Below are positions 25,918-38,808 of a DNA stretch of 64,000 nt, piece by piece. Below the pieces are notes generated by a model that worked only from the letters and a program-made list of their open reading frames with translations, was not told the DNA's origin and searched no databases. The stretch's first letter is position 1, and each line of letters begins with the position of its first letter. The position numbers and the translations under genes are program-made. Origin of the DNA: the human T2T-CHM13v2.0 reference genome, Homo sapiens; the NCBI RefSeq assembly GCF_009914755.1, contig NC_060936.1, one strand, 5' to 3'.

Positions 25918-27919
25918 GTGCAACCCGAAAGTGGACTTCCGGGTCACGGCGGAGCCGGCTCTCACGTGGAGGCGGGGAAGTTTGGCCCACCGGAAAGTAG
26001 ACCTGGGCCCTGGGATCCCAGAGAAGAAAAAGAAGAAGAAAGTGGTCAAAGAACCAGGGACTCAATACTCAATTTTAAACAATGATGATTACTTTGCCCA
26101 TGTTTCTCCTATAAAAGCCACAGCCCCCTCTAAGAGTGTGGTCCACGGGCAGGCACCTGAGATGCCTCTAGTGAAGAAAAAGAAGAAAGAGAAGGGTGTC
26201 AGCACCCTTTGCGAGGGGCACGTAGAACCTGAGACCACGCTGCGTGCCAGACGGACAGAGAAGTCATCCAGCCCAAGGAACCAGGTGCTTGGCCATTTGG
26301 AGTTCCTCAGTGGGCAGAAGAAAAGGAAGTCATCTCTGGCCATCTCCCATGCCTCTGGGGTGAAAATCTCCCCAGACCCCAGACAGGGTGAGGAGGAAAC
26401 CAGAGTTGGCAAGAAGCTTAAAAAACTTAAGAAGGAAAAAAAGGGGGCCCAGGACCCCACAGCTTTCTCAGTCCAGGACCCTTGGTTCTGCGAGGTCGGG
26501 GATGCTGTGGACACTTGCTCAGTGGGGAAGGAGGGTGAGGAACAGGTAGCCTTGGGGCAGAAGCGGAAGCACAAGAGCCCCAGGGAACACGGTGGGAAGG
26601 CGAAGAAGAAAAAAAAATCCACCAGGAGGGAGACGCCCTCCCAAGCCACTCCAAGCCCTCCAGGTCCATGGAGAGCTGCCCTAGGAAACGAAGTAAAAAG
26701 AAGCCAGTCAAAGTGGAGGCTCCGGAATACATCCCCATAGGAGATGGCCCTAAAACCCCCGCGAAGAAAAAGATGAAGTCCAAGAAGAAGGTAAAGCAGC
26801 CAGTCATTGAGGAGCCGGCTCTGCAAAGGAAGAAAAAGAAAAGGAAAGAGAGTGGGGTAGCAGGAGACCCTTGAAAGGAGGAAACAGACACGGACTTGGA
26901 GGTGGTGTTGGAAAAGAAAGGCAACATGGACTAGGCGCACATAGACCAGGGGCGAAAGGCCTTGCAAGAAGAGACTGATCGCCAGTCAGGCAAAACGGAA
27001 GCTTCTGAAACCAGGAAGTGGACGGGAAGCCAGTTTGGCCAGTGGGATACTGCTGGTTTTGAGAACGAGGAACAGAAACTGAAATTTCTCAAACTTACGG
27101 GTGGCTTCAAAAACTTGTCCCCTTCGATTAGCCCCCACCCCCACCCCCACCCTCCCGCCCCACCCAGCCCGATTGCAAGGTCCAACGTGGCCCTCAGTAA
27201 GAAGGTGGCCGACAGTCTGCAGCAGAGCCTGCAGCGGGAATATGGCCTGGCCATGAGCTGAAAGTACAGCCGCGGAGCCGGCCTCGGCTTCTCCACCGCC
27301 CCGAACAAGATCTTTTATATTGACAGGAATGCTTCCAAGTCAGTCAAGCTGGAAGATTAAACTCTAAAGTTTCGTCTCCCCAAAACTGCCACAATTATCC
27401 CATTTATGCTGGAGGTTGCAAATTATTTTGTGTGAAAAGTCAGATCTTGGTAATGACCTTGAACAGTAGGATATAAATAACTCCCATAAGCTTAGCGTTC
27501 CAATAATGGAACACTAGGCATAAATGGGTTATTCAATTGTGAAGATGAATGCCATCTGACAGTTGGCTCACATTGAACACCTGTGGAGATTAAGGACAAG
27601 GACAACTATCTTGATGGGCTTGGACAAACTGGGGCGGGGCAGCTCATGTTTCCGGAGCCAGGAGAACAAGTGAGTGGCTAAAACCTCCTGTTTTCTGTTA
27701 AACATTCCGTCCCTGTCTGAGATATCAATATGTACAGATAACCTTTGTTGAGTGTTTACCAGGTGCTAGGCACATACTAGTGTTTTCCTTAATGTATTTA
27801 ATCTTCATAATTATGAAATGGGTGCTATTATTATCCCCATCTTATAGATGAGGCAACTGAAGTTCAGGGATAAAGTAATAAAATTGCCTGGGGTCACCCA
27901 AACACTAAAAAAAAAAAAA
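25918..27919 (+). pseudogene. KNOP1: Processed pseudogene of KNOP1 (lysine-rich nucleolar protein 1); KNOP1P number not determined
   Basis: Intronless. Peptides KVDLG..PEKKKKKKVVKEP, QFGQWDTAGFENEEQKLKFL (SMAP domain) and IDRNASKSVKLED* (TAA 27358-27360). Frameshift at the A9 run 26609-26617; stops at 26872, 26932 and 27259. AATAAA at 27877, poly(A) from 27907. TSD AAGAGAAGCCACGC at 25904-25917 and 27920-27933. Confidence 0.95.
27740..27900 (-). mobile_element. MIR inside the retrocopied 3'UTR
   Basis: ATTATTATCCCCATCTTATAGATGAGGCAACTGAAGTTCAG core, lying between the TSDs. Confidence 0.75.
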
Positions 27920-30870
27920 AAGAGAAGCCACGCAGTTCAAACCTGTATTGTTCAAATGTCAACTGTGTATCAATAATTCCTTAAATGTGAATCGTCTAAA
28001 TACACCAATAAAAGACACTATTGTCATAGTGGATAATGACAAGATACAACTATATGTTATCTACAAGAAACCCACTTTAAACTTAAACACTCAGGTTAAG
28101 AGTAAAGGGATAGAAAAAGATATATCATGCTAAAAGTAATCAAAAGAAAGCTGGAGTAGCTAAATGAATTTCAGACAAAGCCAACTACAGAATGAGCAAC
28201 ATTATCAGGAATAAAAAGGGGTACCACATAAGGATAAAGGGAACAATTCTCCAAGAAGACAACAATCGTAAACATGGAAGCATTACCAAGAGTGTCAAAA
28301 TACATGAAAGAAGACTAATAAAAATGAAAAGAGAACTAGACAAATCCATTGTTAGAGGCGGGACTTCACCATCCCTGTGTCAATGTTATGGGTGGAGACT
28401 TCACCATCCCTTTGATAGAGCCAGTGGGCAAAAAAATCAAGGCTATAGATGACCTGAGCAGTATTATCAATCACCTTGATCTAATGACATCTATAGATTA
28501 CTCCATTCAACAGCAGAATATACATTCATCTCAAGCTTCTGAGGAACATTTACCAAGACAGACCACATTTTCACCATAAAACACCCTCAACAAATTTAAG
28601 AACACGAAAATTATACAAAGTATGTTCTCCAACCACGGTTTAATTAAAGTAGAAATCAATAGGAAAGATGTCTAGAAAATTCACAAATATTTGGAAATAT
28701 AAATATTAAAAAGCATAATTCTAAATAATCCATGGGCCAAAGAAGAAGTTTCAAGAGAAATTTAAAAACATTTCAAACTAAATGAGAATAAAATTATAAT
28801 TTACTAAAATTTGTGGGGTGTAGCAAAGAAATGTTTGGAAGAAAATGTATAGCATTAAATGCGTATGTTGTAAAAGAAAAATATCTAAAATGTGATACTT
28901 CAGCTTACCTTAGAAAATTAGAGAGGAGAAACTTAAGCCTAAAACAAGCAAAAAAGTTAATATTTCATCAGAAATAAAGTTAACAGAAAAAAAAAATAAC
29001 AAATAAATACTATTAAAAAACTATATGCCAATAGATTGGATAACTTAGATGAAATGAACCATTTTTTCATGGAAAACACAGACTACCAAAACACATACCA
29101 GGAGATATAGATAGCCTGAATAGCCTTAGAGCCAGTAAAGAAATTGGATCAATAATTATTAATCTTTTAAAAAAGAAAGCAGGAGGCCCAGATGGTTTCA
29201 TTGGTGAATTCTACCAAACATTGAAGGAAGAAAGAACACCAGTTCTCCACAATCTCCTTTAGAAGCAGAGGGAATACTTCCTAACTCATTCCATGAGGCG
29301 TCGCCCTAATACTAAAACCAGATGGAGACATTACAAGAAAAGAAAGTGACAGACCACTTTCTCTTATGAACAAAGACAGACAAAAAATCCTCAACAAAAT
29401 ATTAGAAAATCAAATCCAACAATGTATAAAAAGAATTATATCCCATGTCCAGGTAGGATTTATTCTAATTACACAAAGCTAATTTAACATTCAAAACTCT
29501 ATCAATGTAATCTGTCACATTAACAGGCTGAAAAAATATCATATGATCATATCAACTAATATAGAAATATATTCTACAGAACCCATAGTTAAAACAGAGC
29601 ATAATGTGGAAAATACCTTACAAGTTTTAAAATCATAATTTAGTTTTAGGCCTCTTAATCAAAAGTGGATGGTGAATTTATTTTCAGTTATCACAAGAGC
29701 TTTACAACTGACTTTTGAAATTAACATAGTCTACATATCTAAATACATGCTAAAATGTTAATTTCGTCTGTTTTTATTATTATAAAATTGTGTCTTGTGT
29801 GTTTTCTAATATTTGGAGGTATATAACCTCTTTCAGAATCTGATAAAAGCTATGGACCAAAAAAGGTAAACACACAAAGAATGTGCTCATATTATTTCAG
29901 AGTTCTGATTTAATTTTACTCTTTTACAACAATTTAGATCAGTGGTCACATCCCTTATTATTGTATCCCATTTTGCTTTAGGACAAAAATCACAATATCT
30001 TACTATTGTGTTGAGACTCTGATTTTTTAAGGAATCAGTCCTTCAAAAAATGTAAGAATTTTACATTTAATTTATGATTTTACTCCATAGCTTAATCAAG
30101 GTTAAAATGCAAGAAAGGAAATTGAGAAGAAAAAAACCCTGTAATAACTAAAAAGATTAGCTAAATTATATGTTCATCTAAAGGAGCAAATATTATAAAG
30201 TCCTGGTCTTAAATTCATGCATATATTCATTCATTCATTCTGCTAATGCTATGACTAATACTAAACCACTTTGGGCTTGCTTTGGTTTAGGCACATGTAC
30301 TTCTTCTGTACCTGGATACTACTAATGTCTCCTCAAAACCTCATTATTTATGCTTATTTTGGGTATGTGAGTCAAGAATTGAAACTTATTTGTAAAGAGG
30401 AAAGAAAATTGTTTTGATCAATTATCAGAGATTCTAACAAATAAACTACCGAGAAGTTGTTGAGGGGGATTCTCTGTATTACCTTAATTAGTAGTAACTT
30501 AATTATTTCAGTGAGGATAAAGCAAAGGGGCACGTAACGTAGCCCAGGGAACTGTCTGCTGAGCTCAGATTTGAAGGAGATAAGCACACTTCACAAAAAG
30601 AGGAGATAAGAATGAATACCAAAGAATGACATGAATATGTGAAAACACTGTCCAAAAATATAAAAGTCCAGAATAAGTAGAGATTATTGGCAAAGGAAAA
30701 AACCTTGAAGCCAACCAAATAAGATTTTTAGCTACTTAGCAGAAAAATAAAAAGGAAGAATTAGGTCTCTTGTTTAAGATAATTTACATAATTTTTACAG
30801 AAGAGAGGGTGGTAGGCCAATGACATCATTCCTATACTGTTTCTATCTTTCTATTAAGAATAGTCTTACA

Positions 30871-31172
30871 GGCCGGGTGCTGTGGCTCACGCCCATAATC
30901 CCAGCATTTTGGGAGGCCGAGGCTGGTGAATCACAAGGTCAGGAGATCGAGACCATCCTGGCTAACACGGTGAAACCCTGTCTCTACTAAAAATACAAAA
31001 AATTAGCTGGACGTGGTGGCAGGTGCTTGTAGTCCCAGCTACTCAGGAGGCTGAAGCAGAGGAATGGCATGAACCCGGGAGGCAGAGCTTGCAGTGAGCT
31101 GAGATTGTGGCACTGCACTCCAACCTGGGCAACAGATAGAGACTCCGTCTCAAAAAACAAACAAACAAAAAA
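30871..31172 (+). mobile_element. AluY-like
   Basis: GAGATCGAGACCATCCTGGCTAACACGG. TSD AATAGTCTTACA at 30859-30870 and 31173-31184. Confidence 0.93.
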
Positions 31173-31347
31173 AATAGTCTTACAAAGCTGGAAAGTGTAG
31201 AGTAAACGTGGCCAAAAGGCAGTTGAAGTCCGAAATATGCAGAAATAACAAGAGATTACCTATTGCACTAAAATAATCCAGACCTTCCCATTCAGATAAA
31301 TCACATCCCAGGGTACTGTAATAACTTATGGATGACCTACTAAATTA

Positions 31348-31675
31348 TAGTTACCCCATGGTGGTTCCAGGACTCTGTCCCCCAAAAGTACCAAAATTCA
31401 TGGACGCTCAAGTTCCTTATATAAAATGGCTTGGTATTTACAAATGGCCTACACACATCCTCCCATATACTTTAAATCATCTCTACATTATTTATAATAC
31501 CTAACACAATATAATGCTATGTAAATAGTTGTTATTCTGTATTTTTAGAGAATAATAACAAGAAAAAAGTTTTCATACATGTTCAGTACAGATGCAACCA
31601 TCCATTTATTTTTCTGAATATTTAGGATGGTTGAATCCACCGATGTAAAACCCATGGATAAGGAGGACAGACTGT
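31348..31675 (+). mobile_element. MER2 (TcMar-Tigger) DNA transposon
   Basis: GGTTCCAGGAC...CACATCCTCCCATATACTTTAAATCATCTCTA...CATGTTCAGTACAGATGCAACC. Confidence 0.85.
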
Positions 31676-31894
31676 CGCATTAGTAATCTCCAGAAATCAT
31701 GATGATCTATATGTGCCTATCTGTAAAGATCTCTAATGCATGTCTTCAAGTGAAATAGGACTGAAGATGGATTGTATGATCTCATGTATGTAAAAAAGTA
31801 ATAATATACATATATATTAATCTATATTTATTTAAAAATAACTAGAAGGATTATATCAGTATTCACCACTGGTGTTATTCAAAATATAAAAACG

Positions 31895-32550
<656 letters not shown>

Positions 32551-32637
32551 TGCTTAATATCCCAAATCCCTGCATATATACACATACACATACATGAATA
32601 CACATAGTTATATACACATGTATGCAAAGGTGTTCAG

Positions 32638-32752
32638 TATATATTACCTTCTTCTCTAAAGGTATAATCTTTGCATATATATATACACAAATGTATACCT
32701 ATATATATTTCTTGTGTGCAAAGACTATCTTTAGAGAAGAAGGTAATGTATA
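32638..32752. repeat. Imperfect inverted repeat with ~36-38-bp arms
   Basis: ATTACCTTCTTCTCTAAAG...TCTTTGCA pairs with TGCAAAGA...CTTTAGAGAAGAAGGTAAT. Confidence 0.9.
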
Positions 32753-33659
32753 TCATACATCTGGAGGTCCATTTTTGAATGCTATTGCCCTGTGATCCAA
32801 ATATTTTGTACTCATTGCTTCCCCCACTAGCCTGGATGCATCATCCCTCCCTGTCTTCTTATCCAGAACGTCTCTTCCGATTGCCCATAACTCATATTTT
32901 CAGAGTCGTAGCTCCCCCTTGTAGTACTGTTTATATTTTAATAGCAAACATCAGAAGCAATGATAAAAAACACTCTAAGTTAATTAATGGGGTGCAAATT
33001 ATATGTGAGGAGTTTGTCATAAGATTGAAATCAAGACCTATGTATTTACCTCTTCTCTTCTACATTTTCCCAAGGTAACATTACTACTCACGAGAAATAA
33101 ACATTTTCTAGGTACTTATTACGCTATAACTGCACTCCCGTCTTAGCTGGCAGAGTGTGAATAAATTCTAAGCCTTCTTCATAGCTTCTGTATCACGCTG
33201 AGGGATGACAAATAAATTAATTAATTAATGCCAAGCTCTGTACCGCTAGGGAATTTTGAAAGAAGACCCATTGCAGACTGTCCAGATGAAACATAAGCTT
33301 TTATAACAAATGAGTTCCAACTGCCTGGATTGGAAGGTACCTAAATCTTAAAATGAAGCAAAGCATCATCTATTAAATAATTACTCTGTGTTAATCACTA
33401 TACATGCATGTTTTCAGTTAATCTTCCTAATAATCCTGAATTAATTTCTATTAATATTTTTATTTTATAGAAGATGAAACTGAGGAAAAAAGCCGTTACA
33501 TATTTTGTCAGTTTCACATAGACTAAATTTTGGATCCAATTTGTTTGACTTGAGAAAATGTAAATTTACTGACCAGATTATACTGTTTCCTGGGCCTTAA
33601 ATATTATCTAATACCTTTATCGTTTTGAGGAATCCCTTAACACCTAACCCAGTGGTTTT

Positions 33660-34620
33660 CCAAGCCTGTCCTTGAATTTCTACTATTGGGGAATGAACTC
33701 CTGTAAACTAATTCTAAGTTCAGACAGACAGTATTTCTTTATATTGAGCCAATATCTATTTCCTTGTAACATCAATTTATTAGCTCTAGCTTTACCATTC
33801 ATGAGAACATGTCTGATTTCTTTTCCATTTAATAGCCCTTCAGATATTTGATGAATAAATTGAGCTAACTCTCATTGCCTATGACCCTTCTCTTCTATAG
33901 GTAATATTTCAGGTACAACTCATGGGGAATCGTTTTGAATTTCCTTACTCAAGGATTATTCCCTTTCAAATGTAGTCTAGTTTCTCAATGTTTCCCAGAT
34001 CCTCAGAGCTGAATGTAACACACCAGAATTGTTCCAGCCAGCTCTGGGAGCAAGACAATCACTTCCCTCATTCAAGCCATTACAAGTCTATTACCACATT
34101 CAAAAGGGCCATTAGCTTTCTCAGCAGCCACATCATATTGCTGGGTTTTATTGAAATAAAAATCCATGAACCTTTGTTATTCAGGTGCCAATAAGCCATG
34201 CTCCTTTCAGTTGACAGGAATGCAGCTGTGCGTGTGTTTGTATGTGTCTGTGTGTGTCAGAGAAAGAGAGAGAGATCCAAGGGTTATGATCTAAATTTAC
34301 CTACATAAGTTTCATGCTGTTAGATTTGGCCCTTCTTTTCACGTGTTAGAGTTCTTGGTTTTGGCTTTTGCGGATGTTAATTCCATCATACATGGATTTC
34401 TCTCTACTCCCAAAATAATACTCACATGCAAATTTGATGAGCATTCCTTTATATCTTCATCTAAGTCTCCGACAAATAATGATAAACTAGACAAGACAGA
34501 ACCCTTTGGCTTGCCTCTAGAGATCATCTTCTAGGTTGACACAAGTACTTTAACATTAGTTTTCGGACATACAACTAATAATCTATAAAAATACAAGAGT
34601 ATGTAGCCTATAGTTCTTAA
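33660..34620 (-). mobile_element. L3/CR1 LINE remnant
   Basis: Minus-strand peptide SRGKPKGSVLSSLSLFVGDLDEDIKE resembles the CR1 RT motif [26 protein letters not shown]. CR1-like motifs near 33730-33850. Confidence 0.7.
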
Positions 34621-35919
34621 TTCTCTCTAATGGTATTCATGAAAGACAAGAAGGAGACAGAGGAGAAAATGATGGTTTATTCCTGGAAAGTGGTCTCTTG
34701 ACAGCACAGCTGATTTACAGGTTTTCAAGTCAGGAGAGTTGAGCAGCCCTTCCACAGCTCCCTAGGAAAGTAGGTTTTCCCTCTTTGAAGTTGAATTGAA
34801 AACAAACTTGAGCCATCAGCTCAGATTTTCTTTGTTCTTCATTAGTTTTGGAAACAAAACAATAAAATTCTTCAGCAAACCACCTCCTATCTCTCCCCTA
34901 CACATACAAAATCTGTGTTAGGAAGCAGAGTCATAAGTAAGGTTTATTTTCAAGATCATCCAAATTTATTTTGTATTTCATCCCATTTACCAGTGTATTA
35001 TGAGCAATAAGCCACTAAACTAGGCAGGGAGCTAAAATGAGGAAGCAAGTTCTTGGCTTACACAACTGCCCATCAAGCAGTGACCTAGGACTCTAGGCAA
35101 GTGTCACAGAATTTTGAAGATGAATTAAAAGTGTTACTTACCTGTGGTTGTTTCCTGGTTGGCTAATGCCTCAACACTTCCTGAAGGAAGGAAAAAGAAG
35201 TCTCCCAGTCTACATAAAGCCAATGATAGGAGATTCAGTATTCTCTATCCTTCCCTGTGTAATTTGGGAAGAAAAAAATGCTGTCTGGAGCAATTCAGAA
35301 AGAGCCACCAGACAATAAAATACAAATTATTTGTCATAAATTTTAAAAAATGTTCCTTACACTTTACTCTTGTCATGGTATATCATATGAACCCGTGTTT
35401 TAAAGACTTTTATTCTAGCCCATGTTTCCTCCCTAGAACTTATCTTTGCCACACCATCCCAGTAAGCAGAGATTTGGTTTGTTTCTATTTTGTGTGTGTG
35501 CGTGTGTGTGTGTGTGTATGCACATTGGTGCATGCTCTCACTGCTTCCTCTCCGTAGCCCTGTCTGCTTCCCTCACTCCAGTTGATTTGATGCTTCTTTT
35601 GCTGTAATTGTTGGCCAGCTCTGCACCTTGGCTCTCCTGAGAAGAAGAGCAGGTGAATCCTTATCTGTGCTCCCAGGGTGACTGGTGACATCTGCACCAC
35701 CACCAGCAGCAACAGATAAATCCCCTGGGCGCATAGGTGGGGAGGAGAGAAGGGAGGGGTCTGTTATTCTTCACACCTCCTCAATCTATTTCTATTTTTT
35801 CATCACCTGCTTTTTTTTTTCTACTCCACTTCTCTTCAATTTTTCAGCCTTGCTCTTTTTTCTCTTTTAAGTGTTTAATTCCCTTTTTGCTGTTTCATAA
35901 AAACTGGCTTCTCCTGCCT

Positions 35920-36493
<574 letters not shown>

Positions 36494-36777
36494 TCTTATT
36501 TGCTGTCTCACCATCCTATCTATGTCTTCAGACAACTTTCTTCTCCAATCTGTATCATCTCCTTTCTTCTGTGTAGTCTGCAGGCTCTCACATTCGTCCT
36601 TTCCTGTTCAATCACCAAATTGTGTACATTCGCTCATCTTCAGTCACTGGCTTTTTGGTTCACAAATGTCGTTTTTCTTCTATTCTTATTAGTAAGTTTA
36701 TTCTTGGATGAAAGTTTAGGAATTCATATTCAGTACATTGGAAACTTTGACAAAGCCATAAAAGATACACTACCATC

Positions 36778-36950
36778 TAGGGCTGCCGGATTTAGTAAAA
36801 CAAAACAAAACAATGTTAATTTCTGACTTTTAAAAACGAATGATTTTTTAGTATAAGCATGCCCCATCAGTACTTTTGTAGTAAAAATTTATGTCATTTA
36901 TCTGAAATTCAAATTTAGCTAGGTTTTCTATATTTTATGTGGCAACCCTA
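36778..36950. mobile_element. MER53 hAT MITE
   Basis: TIRs TAGGGCTGCC and GGCAACCCTA; internal TTATCTGAAATTCAAATTT. Confidence 0.8.
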
Positions 36951-38632
36951 CCACTACTACATTTGGTCACGTTCTCTGTTAATAAACAAATACTTACCAA
37001 ATCCACACCGTACACATGAATAGCATAGTAGGCAATGTGAAAGACATCACATGTGTATAAAATCAATGCCTGCCCTCAAAGAATTCATAACGTAGAGGGT
37101 TAAGAATTTTTGAAAAAGTAATAAAGAATCAGAAAACAATGCAAAATAGCATATAATTAAATGTTTAACTGGTTCTAATTATAAGTCTAATATAAGTTCA
37201 GGTATTAATCTGGGTGGAAGAGCTCAGAAATTGCTCCCAGAGTAGAAGATGTGCTCTGGGTTGAAGGGGCAGAGTCCATGCTCCGAAGTGGGAAAAGAAT
37301 TGTTCCCAGGTATTCTCCCATGCTTTCTTGCCTCTGACTTTTGATGCTATTCCTTTCTCCAGAAACAATCTTACCTGGACTTTAATGACACATACCTCTT
37401 GGGGGAGATCTCCCCTCTTTAAACACTCTATCTCACTTTCAATTTCCATGTTGATCGTACTCTACATTGATGTTCTGGCTAATTTTGGACATATCTCCTC
37501 GGGAATTATCTGCTTTTTGACAGAAAATGTTATGTCTGTACAGAGTGAAACTCCACAAACTTTGATGAAATTGAATGAGTTCATGAGTCCCAGACTGTTT
37601 CTGAATCTTCAATGATTGTTCTTTCATCTATTGATACACACACCTATCAGCACATGCACACACACACACACACACCCCAACGTGACCACAACTATGACTT
37701 TCACCATTAGGCTTCTTATAGGCAGAGATGGACATTTTTCTTCTGTGCATTCATGGCTTCCAATATCTCTGATATATACAGGTGTGCTATTACACTGCAA
37801 TTATTTGGACACACATTAATTCCTTCCACTGTCCTGGGAACTTGCTGCCCTTTGTAGTCACTGTGTTTTCTCAGTTAAGTGTTGAAAAACAGAGTGGAAA
37901 AAAATCTCTCTAGGAGAAAAAAAAAGGATCTTTTTTTACATTTCCACTGTTTGTTGTTATATTAATTAAAGTAAATCATGCACTATAAATAACCATTATA
38001 ATGTGTATTGAAGATCCTATTTATAGTAAAATAAATTATAGATTACATATAGATGACATGAAATGTGCATGTCATCTATGCATTCTTTTTGGTTGCATAT
38101 AATTTAACTTCCCAGTTATTATAAAACCTTCATTTGAGTTGTCACCTCAGTATAATTTATTTTAATGTATATAGTACGAAAATATGTTACTCAGTTTTAA
38201 AATAACTGTATTTTTATGGTAATATTCAAGAAAACAATACTTATTTATAGGGTTTGGATCTGTTTGGGATTATTGTTTTGTAAATATTCGTTCTTGTCTA
38301 TAGCAAAAATTTTTTCATGATGCTGAAAGTCCTTTCTACAAGCCTTTGTTAGCTGTATTTGGAAGATCTCCAGGCAGCACAAATTACTAAGAAACAACAC
38401 AGGACTTCAAAAGCATGTTTATTTTCACTATAATATGGAATTCACTGTCACACATAGGTATTTTGAGGCCTTAACTCTCACTCATACAATAGGGGGTGTT
38501 CCTGTAAAAAGTTGTAATAATTTACCATAATTTTCTTCTTTTGTCTCCAAAGAATTTTTAATAGTATGCCTTCTAGGGGTGGAAAGCAAGAAGAAAAACC
38601 TAGTCAGGTACAATTAACTCCTCATGCAATGC

Positions 38633-38808
38633 AGTGATGCTCCACCAGGGCTGCAGATTAAAGTCGATGCAGAATTTTTAAAAAATTTCCGTGCTGCAAC
38701 CACTCCAGACCTGCTGAATTCACATTGCTACAGGGGGCCCTCTAGGCATCAATAATTTCAAAAGTTATATGGTGAGTCTGGTACTCACCCATATGAAACC
38801 ACTACTGC
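38633..38808. mobile_element. MER5-like hAT-Charlie MITE
   Basis: CAGTGATGCTC...CCAGACCTGCTGAATT...GAAACCACTACTG. Confidence 0.5.

Larger units (their letters stand above)
25508..27965 (-). mobile_element. Tigger2a (MER28) DNA transposon split by the retrocopy (25508-25917 and 27920-27965)
   Basis: TIRs CAGTTGACCTTTGAACAA and TTGTTCAAATGTCAACTG, TA on the left flank. Internal sequence matches the recalled Tigger2a consensus. Confidence 0.88.

Noticed and set aside
26089-26967. 292-aa antisense ORF over the retrocopy
   Set aside because: A shadow of the Lys-rich sense frame (Phe/Ser-rich), with no independent support.
25918-27919. Intact KNOP1 gene
   Set aside because: No introns; poly(A) and TSD present; one frameshift and three nonsense codons; start codon missing.
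28362-28411. 15-bp direct repeat GACTTCACCATCCCT; similar short repeats at 1060-1099 and ~16456-16482
   Set aside because: Two-copy slippage duplications. Not arrays and not CRISPR-like.
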